IMG/VR virus record: IMGVR_UViG_3300044656_000252
Coordinates: 12,232 to 76,231 of that record
Reading direction: 5' to 3' (one strand)
Length of the DNA: 64,000 bases
Source: a virus
Lineage: Duplodnaviria > Caudoviricetes
The notes beneath the pieces were generated by a model. The model searched no databases. It was not told the DNA's origin and saw only the letters and a list, made by a program, of their open reading frames with translations. Within the stretch, counting starts at the first letter, position 1. Each line of letters starts with the position of its first letter. The position numbers were made by a program, and so were the translations under genes. This document shows, piece after piece, positions 1 to 8,621 of this stretch.

Positions 1-2
1 TG

Positions 3-470
3 ATGGCTGACCACCCGACGCCGGCGCACGAGCAGCGACTAACGCTGCACATCCTCGCCCACGTCCCGGAGCACCAACCCCGCGAGTCCGACCCGCACTA
101 CCACCTGTTCATGCAGGCCAAGGCTCGGCTCCATCGGCAGGGCCTGTGGAAGTGCGTCATCGGCGACGACCTGTGCGGCGGCCCGATCGAGCTGCACCAC
201 TCCCACATCGAGTTCTCCGAGGTCAACAACATGGACCCGGACAAGGTGGCCGAGGCGTTCGGGCTGCACTTCGAGTCCGACGCCGACTTCCAGGCGTGGA
301 TTGAGGGACCGGGAAACCTGGAGCCGCTGTGCGCGACGCACCACCGAACGCACCTCGGCGTGCACGTGCTGCCGGGCCCGTTCTGGGAGCCGCTGCGGTA
401 TCGGCGCGCGGGTGCGCCGCCGCCGGCCGAGTTCGTGCCGGCCAGCGAGTGGGGCAAGACCCATGGGTGA
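3..470 (+). CDS. His-rich HNH-like protein
   Basis: C..LC..PIELHH...LC.THHR pattern; ATG overlaps an upstream TGA, so the operon continues left of the window. Confidence 0.6.
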   Translation: MADHPTPAHEQRLTLHILAHVPEHQPRESDPHYHLFMQAKARLHRQGLWKCVIGDDLCGGPIELHHSHIEFSEVNNMDPDKVAEAFGLHFESDADFQAWIEGPGNLEPLCATHHRTHLGVHVLPGPFWEPLRYRRAGAPPPAEFVPASEWGKTHG

Positions 471-981
471 GGCGGGGAAGCCCCCGCTGCGGCCGGCGAC
501 CGCCGAGGACGTGGCGGCGTACCGCCAGGCGCACGGCGTCCGCTCTCGCGCGGTGTGGATACGGCCGGCTGTGTTCGGCTCGTTCGACGGTCTCGTCAGC
601 GTGCTCGGCGTCCTGTTCACCCTCGGAGGCCACCAGCAGCTCGTGTTCTGGATCGCCCTCGGCCTCGGCGCCGCCGAATGCGTCGGCATGACCGCGGGCG
701 AATGGTTGTCGGACTCCCGCAACGGGTTCGGCGCCGCCGCGGTGATCGGCGGGGCGACCATGGCAGGCTCGGTCGCGCCGGCGGTGCCGTACCTGCTGCT
801 CTCCGGGCGCCCGGCGGTACTCGCCTCCGTCGCCGTGCTCGTCCTCGTCGGGCTGGCCATCACCGCGCTCCGTGCCGCCGAGCGCGGCTGGAAGCGGGCG
901 GTGCTGGAGACCTACGGCATCCTCGCCGTCGCCATCGGCGCAGTCGTCGCCATCCAACTCCTCACCCCGGCAGGTGCCTGA
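463..981 (+). CDS. VIT1/CCC1-family membrane protein, transmembrane core only
   Basis: RPAVFGSFDGLVSVLG and GMTAGEWLS motifs; about 5 hydrophobic segments; ATG at 463 within ORF 301..981. Confidence 0.75.
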   Translation: MGEAGKPPLRPATAEDVAAYRQAHGVRSRAVWIRPAVFGSFDGLVSVLGVLFTLGGHQQLVFWIALGLGAAECVGMTAGEWLSDSRNGFGAAAVIGGATMAGSVAPAVPYLLLSGRPAVLASVAVLVLVGLAITALRAAERGWKRAVLETYGILAVAIGAVVAIQLLTPAGA

Positions 982-1196
982 TGGTCCTCGTCATGCACAT
1001 GCGCAACGGCGACGCAGTCACGTACAGCCCGAGTGACGCCCAGGCAGCTCGGCTGATCAGCGGTCTCCAGCAGTACGGCTTCAGCTACAGCAACCTCACG
1101 ATCGACGACGGCTCGGACGGCCAGCGCCTGGTCAACCTCGCCGCCGTCGACTGGATCGAGGTCAAGGGGGTGCCCAGTGCTGCGCCTACGCCGTGA
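981..1196 (+). CDS. Hypothetical protein (71 aa)
   Basis: TGATG coupling to the previous gene; C-terminal part of ORF 555..1196. Confidence 0.6.
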   Translation: MVLVMHMRNGDAVTYSPSDAQAARLISGLQQYGFSYSNLTIDDGSDGQRLVNLAAVDWIEVKGVPSAAPTP

Positions 1197-1815
1197 CCTC
1201 CTGGACGCCGTGGTCGCCCACTGTCGCGCCGAAGCACCCCTCGAAGCGTGCGGCGTGCTCGCCGGCCGCGACGGCGTGCCCGAGCGGCACATCCCGATGC
1301 GGAACGCCGAAGCCTCTCGCACTCGCTACGCCATGGACCCCGACCAGCAGCTCGCGGTGTGGCGGGAGATGGACGAGCGCGGCGAGCAGCCGGTGGTCAT
1401 CTACCACTCCCACCCAGCCACCGAGGCCAAGCCGTCGGCGCCGGACGTGCGGTTCATGGCCGAGCCACGCAGCCACTACGTCATCGTCTCGCTCCGCGGC
1501 GAGTTGCCGGAGGTTCGGTCGTGGCGCATGGCCGCTGGCGCCGGCGTGGTGTGCGCCGGCGCGGTGACCGAGGAACCGATCGACGTCATCCACAGAGGGG
1601 AGTGGAAGACCGAGTACTTCCACGTCGGCTACATGGACGGCTCCCTGTGGGTCACCGACATTGACGGCGGCCCAGACGACGGGTGGCTCATCGTCCCGCA
1701 CGGCGGCCTCGACGACCTAATAGCCGCCCTCAAATCGGCACGGAGAGTGACCGTCGACCGCCGGTTCTCGCTGTCGAGTGTCTCGGCGCACGGGGCTGAG
1801 ACCCGTACCCACTAG
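1177..1815 (+). CDS. JAB/MPN/Mov34 metallopeptidase (Mec/M67-like) with C-terminal extension
   Basis: EACGVL and YHSHP.TEAKPS..D JAMM motif. Confidence 0.88.
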   Translation: MLRLRRDLLDAVVAHCRAEAPLEACGVLAGRDGVPERHIPMRNAEASRTRYAMDPDQQLAVWREMDERGEQPVVIYHSHPATEAKPSAPDVRFMAEPRSHYVIVSLRGELPEVRSWRMAAGAGVVCAGAVTEEPIDVIHRGEWKTEYFHVGYMDGSLWVTDIDGGPDDGWLIVPHGGLDDLIAALKSARRVTVDRRFSLSSVSAHGAETRTH

Positions 1816-1839
1816 TAACAAGTGAACGGAGCGTAACGA

Positions 1840-2121
1840 GTGGCCGGCGCACTGATCGATCACTTCACCGACCTCATGCGGGCGGTCTGGCACGGACAAG
1901 CAGAGCGCCCCGAGGTCATCAAGCTCACCGCCGAGCAGCGCGAGGAACTCCGCGCCGCTGGGCCGCCGCCCGCGCCGGAACCCTACGGCCAGCCCGGCGG
2001 ATCCGGCTGGGCCGCGCTGACGGGCGTGCCGGTCGTGCTCGTCGACACCGTCGAGGAGTCCACGCCCTACGAACGCGGGTGGCTCACCGCCCACCGCGAG
2101 GAACAGGAGATCGCCCAGTGA
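1840..2121 (+). CDS. Hypothetical protein
   Basis: ORF fits operon packing; GTG start. Confidence 0.55.
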   Translation: MAGALIDHFTDLMRAVWHGQAERPEVIKLTAEQREELRAAGPPPAPEPYGQPGGSGWAALTGVPVVLVDTVEESTPYERGWLTAHREEQEIAQ

Positions 2122-2390
2122 CCAGCCCAGTCGTCCGCCTCGGCGCGGACGTCCTCTACACCCTCACCGCCGCCGACGCCGCCGCCATCGACGAGCGCTA
2201 CCCGATGCCGCCGCCGTTCGCCACGCAGACCCGCAGCGAGGTCACAGCCGGCGAGGTGCTGCCCGCCGTCGTGACCAAGATCGGCGCGACCACACAGAAC
2301 CTCAAGGTGCTGCTCGACGGTGCCGGCGCGTACTGGGCGCAGAACGTCGCCGAAGGCACCGGGCCCGGCACCTGGGCATGGCCAGCGTGA
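2118..2390 (+). CDS. Hypothetical protein
   Basis: GTGA overlap with the previous stop; GC3-rich codons. Confidence 0.6.
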   Translation: MTSPVVRLGADVLYTLTAADAAAIDERYPMPPPFATQTRSEVTAGEVLPAVVTKIGATTQNLKVLLDGAGAYWAQNVAEGTGPGTWAWPA

Positions 2391-2806
2391 CGCGCGCCAG
2401 CTACCTCAGCCCGCCCGACTTCCACCGGCTCAACTGGGCGTGCCGTCCGATCACGGAAGCGTTCGGGGAATGCCCATACCTTGTCGGGTCGGCGCTGACC
2501 CGACCGGACTTCCGGGACATCGACATCAGGCTGATCTTGGACGACGAGGTCGTGGAGCGCATGTTCTGCGCGGAGTCGTTCGGCGTCCACCAGGGCGGCG
2601 ACCCGGGCGCGGTGCGGCTTCTGCTGAACATCGCCCTGTCCGACCTCATCGCCCGCGCGGCTGGCTTGCCGTGGCCGATCGACTTCCAGATCCAGTCCAT
2701 GTCGGAGGCCAACGTCCCCGAACACGACGGTGTCCGGAACCCGATGGGCGTGCGGCGAACACCGCCCGCACCGAAGGTTGGCCAGACCGAGGGGGAGGCA
2801 GGATGA
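2378..2806 (+). CDS. Minimal nucleotidyltransferase-fold protein
   Basis: YLVGSAL...RDIDIRLI (hGS..DxD) plus later IDFQI. Confidence 0.7.
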   Translation: MASVTRASYLSPPDFHRLNWACRPITEAFGECPYLVGSALTRPDFRDIDIRLILDDEVVERMFCAESFGVHQGGDPGAVRLLLNIALSDLIARAAGLPWPIDFQIQSMSEANVPEHDGVRNPMGVRRTPPAPKVGQTEGEAG

Positions 2807-3147
2807 GCGAGCCCGAGATCGACACGCTGAAGAAGGCCATCCGCGAGGAACTCGGCTGCCTCTGGAGCGACCTCCACGACGCGCAGCAGAGCGGCATCCG
2901 CACCGACTGGTCCATCAAGTGCATCAACCTCGCCGAGCGGATCACCGACCTGACCAAGCTCGTCGGACCCACGCCATGGGACGAGGTGCCCCTGCCGGTG
3001 CTGGAGAACGGCGTCTACCAACGCGTCCTGGCCTCGATCGGCATCACCGCCGACGTCGACATGGCGAAGGTGGCCGAGGTGCGGGCCAGCATCGACGAAC
3101 GTAACCGCCGCACGCTGGCTCATGTCGAGCGGATCAGACAGCGGTGA
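2803..3147 (+). CDS. Hypothetical protein directly upstream of terL
   Basis: GGAGG RBS with ATGA overlap; helical; no small-terminase motif recognised. Confidence 0.6.
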   Translation: MSEPEIDTLKKAIREELGCLWSDLHDAQQSGIRTDWSIKCINLAERITDLTKLVGPTPWDEVPLPVLENGVYQRVLASIGITADVDMAKVAEVRASIDERNRRTLAHVERIRQR

Positions 3148-4748
3148 CTGCGGTCCAGGATCCCGAGCCGACCCTCGATCCGGCAGACCCGGCGTCGGGG
3201 GTCGGCTTCAACCTGGACGCGTACCTCGCGCAGTTCGACCCGCGGATGCTGGAGATCGCCGAGTGCCGGCGGCTCCTCACCAAGTACGACCCGCTCTTGT
3301 TCGCCTTGCTGTATCTGCCGCACCACCTGCGGGGTAAGGAGACCGGCGAGCGCATCACGTTCAGCGAGTTCCACCTGGACGTCGTCGTCGAGGCGAAGAA
3401 GTGGGCGCTCCCATCCGACAACCCGGCGGAGGACCGGGATACCTACGTCGGCCCCCGCGGCGTCGGTAAGAGCACCTGGTTCTTCCTCGTGCTGCCCCTC
3501 TGGTCCGCGGCGCATGGGCACCGCCGGTTCTGCGCCGCCTTTGCACACTCCGCCACGCAGGCCGAGTTGCACCTCCAGACGTTCAAGCGCGAGCTCGACC
3601 AGAACGCGTTGCTGGCGCTGGACTTCCCCCAGCTGTGCACGCCGGCCCGCCGGCCGCGCGGAAGCACCGAGTCCGACAACCGCGGCATGCTGATCACCAA
3701 GTCCGGGTTCGTGTTCGCCGCCCGCGGTGTCGACGGCGCCGCCCTCGGCATGAAGGTCGCCGAGCGGCGGCCAGACCTGATCGTGCTGGACGACGTCGAG
3801 CCCGACGAGTCGAACTACTCGCCATATCTCAAGGAGAAGCGGCTCTCCACACTGCTCGACGCGATCCTGCCGCTCAACGTCTATGCCCGCGTGGTCCTGG
3901 TCGGCACCGTCACCATGCCGGGCTCCATCGTGCACGACTTGGTCAAGACCGTCACCAAGCCCGGCGAGGAACACCCGCCGTGGATTGCCGACGAGCACTG
4001 GCGAGTCCACTACTACCCGGCGATCGTCCGCGACGACGAGACTGGCGTCGAGCGGAGCCTGTGGCCGGCGAAGTGGCCACTGGCCTACCTCGAATCGATC
4101 CGGCACACCCGCGCCTACAAGAAGAACTACGCCAACGACCCCATGGGTCGGGACGGTGAGTACTGGCGCGAAGAGGACTTCGTCCACGCCACCGTGCCTG
4201 CACTCACGCACCAGCTGCTGTCGATTGACCCGGCGGTCACCGACAAGGGCAAGAGCGACTTCACCGCGCTGGCCGTCGTTGCCTACTCGGCGCACCACCG
4301 GCGGGTCGTCGTCCGCTACGCCCACGCCCGGCGCGTCCAGCCCGGCGAGCCGCTCCGCAAGTGGGTGCTGGAGGTGCTGGAGGAGTTCCCGGAGACGCGC
4401 GGCGTGGTGGTCGAGACGAACCAGGGCGGCCAAGTCTGGCGGGACAGCGTCCTCAAGGGACTCCCGCTGCCGATCAAACCGGTGCACCAGGGCGAGGCCA
4501 AGGAGGTCCGGGCCGCCCGCGCCCTGAACTGGTACCAGCGCCGCCGGCCGGACGGGCTGCCGTACGTCGTACACGAGCGTCCGCTGACGCAGGCCGAGGA
4601 GCAGATGGTCGGCTTCCCCAAGGGCGCGCATGACGACCTGGTGGATGCGATTGGCACCGGCATCGACATGTTCCTCAAGCCGGGCAAGAAGTCGAAGGTC
4701 ACCGTGCTGCCGCCGGCTGGGTTCGATGCCGATGACATCGCCTCTTGA
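3144..4748 (+). CDS. terL: Terminase large subunit
   Basis: Walker A GPRGVGKS, Walker B LIVLDD, RNase H-like nuclease LSIDPA...DFTA...HDDLVDA. Confidence 0.95.
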   Translation: MTAVQDPEPTLDPADPASGVGFNLDAYLAQFDPRMLEIAECRRLLTKYDPLLFALLYLPHHLRGKETGERITFSEFHLDVVVEAKKWALPSDNPAEDRDTYVGPRGVGKSTWFFLVLPLWSAAHGHRRFCAAFAHSATQAELHLQTFKRELDQNALLALDFPQLCTPARRPRGSTESDNRGMLITKSGFVFAARGVDGAALGMKVAERRPDLIVLDDVEPDESNYSPYLKEKRLSTLLDAILPLNVYARVVLVGTVTMPGSIVHDLVKTVTKPGEEHPPWIADEHWRVHYYPAIVRDDETGVERSLWPAKWPLAYLESIRHTRAYKKNYANDPMGRDGEYWREEDFVHATVPALTHQLLSIDPAVTDKGKSDFTALAVVAYSAHHRRVVVRYAHARRVQPGEPLRKWVLEVLEEFPETRGVVVETNQGGQVWRDSVLKGLPLPIKPVHQGEAKEVRAARALNWYQRRRPDGLPYVVHERPLTQAEEQMVGFPKGAHDDLVDAIGTGIDMFLKPGKKSKVTVLPPAGFDADDIAS

Positions 4749-4867
4749 ATCGTGCGCAAACAATTCTCGACAGCATTGTTTTCACACACTGCTAATGTTG
4801 CGGTCCGTTACCGGAATAGCCGCACAGCGCGTTTACCCTGTGCATATCCGCGCACAGGAGGACGCCC

Positions 4868-6526
4868 GTGGACAAGAACCTCGCGCTCACCGATCAGGCC
4901 ACCATGGGCGTCGCGGCCACCCCTACCCTCATGTCGGATTCCGCCTACGGCGTATGGCGCCCATCATCGCCCTCGGACCTGCAGAACGCGATCGAATCCC
5001 TCACCACCTCCGCGGTGCTCTACCAGCGCGCCGAGAACTACTACGAGGGCACCGTCCCCGAGTTCTTCGCCTCGATCCGGCTCCGCCGCGCCATGGCCCG
5101 CACCGGTGTGGGGTTCCGGTTCAACTTCGCCAAGACCCCCGTGGACGCTGTCGTCGACCGCCTGGAGATCAACGCCGTCTCCGCGACCGACGAGAACAGC
5201 AACGCCCGCATCGAGGACATGTGGCGCGACAACCAGCTCGACCTCGAGGCCCCGCACATCATGCTCAAGGCGTGCGAGTACGGCGACGCCTACGTCATCG
5301 TCTGGCCCACCGCCCCGGACGGCGCCGACGACTTCGAGGGCGACGGGTCACCGCAGCTGCTCGACACCGACGCCGACGGGTTCCTCAACGTCGACATCTT
5401 CTACAACAGCCCGCACTGCTGCCGGGTCTTCTACGACCCCGAGCGCCCACTGCGGAAGCGGTACGCGGTCAAGAAATGGATCTTGAACAACACCCAGCAG
5501 GTCCGCATCGACCTGTACTACCCGGACCGCATCGAGCGGTTCATCTCCAAGGAGGGCGTCACCAACGTCGAGGCCACCGACATGCACCCGTACCGGGACA
5601 ACCCGGGTGACGAGTGGCCGCTCGTAAATCCGTTCAACGAGGTCCCCGTCTTTCACTTCCGCGCGGCCAGCCGGCCGTACGGCAAGCCGGAGCACCTGTC
5701 CGCGTTCGGCCCGCAGGACGCGATCCACAAGCTGATCCTCAGCCACATGGCTGGCGTCGACTACCAAGCCTTCCCCCAGCGGTACGCGCTCACCGCGCCG
5801 GACACCGACACCGCCGACGCCGTCAACTCCGACGAGGACGAGTTCAGCTTCGCCCTCGACACCGGCGCCACCAGCCGGCCATCCGACCCGCAGTCCCAGC
5901 TGACCAGCGACCCCGGCTCGCTCTGGTACATGCAGGGCGTCACCGAGGTCGGCCAGTTCGCCGAGGCCAACCCCGAGACGTTCATGGGCCCGCTCCAGGT
6001 CTACCTGCGGGCCATGGCCCAGCTGTGCGTCACCCCGTTCCACTACTTCGACCCCAGTGGCGACGCCCCGTCCGGCGAGTCCCTGCGCACCGCCGAGGGG
6101 CCGTTCGTCAAGAAGATCGTGAACCGCCAGCTGTCCTTCGGCGCGACCTGGCGGGAGATCTTCGAGTTCGCCCTGCGCATCACCGGCGTCCCCGACCCCA
6201 AGGTCACCGTGCACTGGAAGTCCCCGGCCAGCGTGGACGACCTCACCGGCTGGCAGACCGTCCAGGCCAAGCTCGACGCCGGTGTCCCGCCGGCGCAGGC
6301 GTTCCAGGAGGCCGGCTACACCAAGGACCAGACCGACGAGTGGTTCGGCGACAACGACGACGACCTGCCGTTCCGCGTGCACCTGCTCTCGGAGATCGCC
6401 GTCGCGTTGCAGGGCCTCTCGGCCGCGGCCTCGACCGGCATCGTCGACGAGGGCCAGGTGCAGGAGCTGATCAGCTCGATCATCGGCGAGCCCGAGCTCA
6501 TGGGTCCCGACACGGGCACAGCGTGA
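4868..6526 (+). CDS. Portal protein (SPP1 gp6-like)
   Basis: Follows terL; NYYEG, NFAKTPVDAVVDRL, YGDAY, SGESL motifs; 552 aa. Confidence 0.93.
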   Translation: MDKNLALTDQATMGVAATPTLMSDSAYGVWRPSSPSDLQNAIESLTTSAVLYQRAENYYEGTVPEFFASIRLRRAMARTGVGFRFNFAKTPVDAVVDRLEINAVSATDENSNARIEDMWRDNQLDLEAPHIMLKACEYGDAYVIVWPTAPDGADDFEGDGSPQLLDTDADGFLNVDIFYNSPHCCRVFYDPERPLRKRYAVKKWILNNTQQVRIDLYYPDRIERFISKEGVTNVEATDMHPYRDNPGDEWPLVNPFNEVPVFHFRAASRPYGKPEHLSAFGPQDAIHKLILSHMAGVDYQAFPQRYALTAPDTDTADAVNSDEDEFSFALDTGATSRPSDPQSQLTSDPGSLWYMQGVTEVGQFAEANPETFMGPLQVYLRAMAQLCVTPFHYFDPSGDAPSGESLRTAEGPFVKKIVNRQLSFGATWREIFEFALRITGVPDPKVTVHWKSPASVDDLTGWQTVQAKLDAGVPPAQAFQEAGYTKDQTDEWFGDNDDDLPFRVHLLSEIAVALQGLSAAASTGIVDEGQVQELISSIIGEPELMGPDTGTA

Positions 6527-7602
6527 CCGCCCCGCAGCCGCCGCAGACCCCGAACCAGCCGACGCTGCAGCTGGTGCTGGAGCACGCCGCCGAGGCGCTG
6601 GCCCTCGAGCGGGCGGCCCGCGGTGTCGCGGCGCCACTACGCGCCAAGCTGAAGGCGCTCACGCGCACGCTCTCCGCCTTGTGGGTGCGGAAGGTTGGCC
6701 GGGTCGACGAGCCGGCCGACCCGATCACGCTGCACGACATCGCCACCGAGACACGCAACCGCCTCGCCGACATCCGGTTCACCCCGGCCGACGAACTGAC
6801 TCGGTACGCGGAGCAGGCCATCGACCTCGGTGTGCGGCAGGCCGTGGACGAACTGCACCTCCACGCCACCGAAGGAGCCGTCGAGCACGTCCTGCCGGCG
6901 ACCGGCCGCCGCGCGGCTCGTTTCGAGTGGCCAGCGGCCGACCTCGACCAGGCCACCGTGGACGCGATCCGCGCCGTGGACGCCACCGTCGCCGGCAAGC
7001 TCGCCGACGCCGAAACCGCCGTCACGCGCATCGCCGGCAACAACTTCGCCGAGCTGGCCACCGCACTGTCGCCGGCGCAGCAGGCAGCGACCGCGACCGA
7101 GGCGACCGCAACATGGGCCACGAACAAGGCCGTCAACGACGGCGTCGCCGCGGTCGCTGACCAGCTCGACGCCGAGCGGCTGTGGGTCGCGGAGCGGGAC
7201 GCGTGCGTGCACTGCCTCGCCTACTCCGGGCACGTCGCGAGAGCTGGCCAGGGCTTCCCGGTCGGGCTGACGTTCGGCGACAAGCCGCTGGTGCCGTGGC
7301 CGGACCCGATGTTCCTGCCCGGATGCCCGCTGCACCCGCACTGCCGGTGCCGGATCACGGTGTGGCTGGGCAGCGTGCCCGGCTACACCGGCCCCGACCT
7401 GCCGGCCGCGCTTCGCCGGGAGGCCGAGCGCAGCATCCTCACCGGCTGGCGCATGGCGTCCGAGTCCCAGCCGGCCAGGCTCCGCGCCGCGTCTCGGCTG
7501 CTCGCCCGCGGCACGACCCTGCCGAAGTCCGTGCAGGCCCGTGCCCGCACCGCGGTCCGCCGCGGCCGGTTCAACGACTTCCCCCGCAAGGCCCGATCAT
7601 GA
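6523..7602 (+). CDS. MuF-like minor head morphogenesis protein
   Basis: WVAERDACVHC and PLHPHCRC motifs; lies between portal and scaffold. Confidence 0.8.
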   Translation: MTAPQPPQTPNQPTLQLVLEHAAEALALERAARGVAAPLRAKLKALTRTLSALWVRKVGRVDEPADPITLHDIATETRNRLADIRFTPADELTRYAEQAIDLGVRQAVDELHLHATEGAVEHVLPATGRRAARFEWPAADLDQATVDAIRAVDATVAGKLADAETAVTRIAGNNFAELATALSPAQQAATATEATATWATNKAVNDGVAAVADQLDAERLWVAERDACVHCLAYSGHVARAGQGFPVGLTFGDKPLVPWPDPMFLPGCPLHPHCRCRITVWLGSVPGYTGPDLPAALRREAERSILTGWRMASESQPARLRAASRLLARGTTLPKSVQARARTAVRRGRFNDFPRKARS

Positions 7603-7619
7603 TCGAAAGGAACGCCGCC

Positions 7620-8402
7620 ATGCTGCTCGACCTGCCCATCCACCCGGACACGCTCCTGCCCGCCATCGGGCTGCTCTCCGACGGCACGCCCGTCTGGCCG
7701 GCGCTCGGCGGCGCCAACGATGACGACGACGGCCCCGAGATCGACCTGGAGGGCGGCGGCTCGCAGGGCAGCGGCGGCGGCCGGGACATCCTCGACGACG
7801 AAGACGACGAAGACGAGGAGGACGAGCACGACGACGGCGCCGACAAGGCCAAGGGCGACGAGTGGAAGCCGCCCACCCGCGAGGAGTGGGAGAAGACCCA
7901 GAAGGCCCTCACCGAGGCGAACGCCGAGGCCAAGAAGCACCGGCTCCGCGTCCGCGAGCTCCGCAAGTCCACTCGCGCCGCCGAGCAGGGCGGCGGCCAG
8001 GCCGGCGACGAGGACGCCGCGGCGCGGGAGCAGGCCGCACTGGAGGCCGCCGAGCAGAAGTTCAAGCCGGTTGCCATCCGGTCGGCCGCGATCGCCGCGC
8101 TGATGAAGGCGGACTTCCGCAACCCCACCGAGCAGCGCCTGAACCGCATGATCCGGCGCCTGGACATGGACGAGCTCGACGTCGACACCGAGACCGGGAA
8201 GGTCGACGGCCTCGAGGACCAGATCGACGACCTGGTCGACGAGTTCCCCGAGCTGTTCGGCAAGGACGCCGAGCCGGAGCCGGCCAAGCCGGAGCGCCGC
8301 CGCGCGCCGCGGATCGACGCCGGGAACAAGCAGCCCGCGCCCGCGCAGTTCAAGACGACGGGGGAACGGATCGCCGCGCAGATCCACAACTCGATGCGGT
8401 AG
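7620..8402 (+). CDS. Scaffolding protein (alternative start 7599)
   Basis: Acidic tract, coiled coil EANAEAKKHRLR, PELFG motif; directly upstream of capsid. Confidence 0.85.
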   Translation: MLLDLPIHPDTLLPAIGLLSDGTPVWPALGGANDDDDGPEIDLEGGGSQGSGGGRDILDDEDDEDEEDEHDDGADKAKGDEWKPPTREEWEKTQKALTEANAEAKKHRLRVRELRKSTRAAEQGGGQAGDEDAAAREQAALEAAEQKFKPVAIRSAAIAALMKADFRNPTEQRLNRMIRRLDMDELDVDTETGKVDGLEDQIDDLVDEFPELFGKDAEPEPAKPERRRAPRIDAGNKQPAPAQFKTTGERIAAQIHNSMR

Positions 8403-8440
8403 ACGCAATTCCCTAAACCGTGTGAAAACGAATAGGGGAA

Positions 8441-8616
8441 ACGCGCCTAGAAAGCGCCCACACTATCCGTGTCGGGCGCTTTCGCGTGTATTCTCCGAGA
8501 CAGCAGGCCACCCGGATGGGACGGCCCGCTAGGACCGGCGATCGGGCAATTCAAATGCCCTGACGTGCCCGTGATGGGGCGCAGGACACCACCGCACCCA
8601 TCACTCGGAAGGGCAC
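8441..8616 (+). promoter_or_regulatory. Multi-hairpin 5' leader of the capsid gene
   Basis: GAAAGCGCCC/GGGCGCTTTC (8450-8483), GGGCA/TGCCC (8544-8560), GTGCCC-GTGATGGG/CCCATCAC-GGGCAC (8565-8616) overlapping the RBS. Confidence 0.5.
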
Positions 8617-8621
8617 GCGCC

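Noticed and set aside
1177-2806. CBASS-like reading of JAB plus nucleotidyltransferase
   Set aside because: The transferase is 142 aa, far shorter than CD-NTases; no E1/E2 or effector gene nearby
2803-3147. Small terminase
   Set aside because: Position fits, but no HTH or TerS-like motif recognised; left as hypothetical
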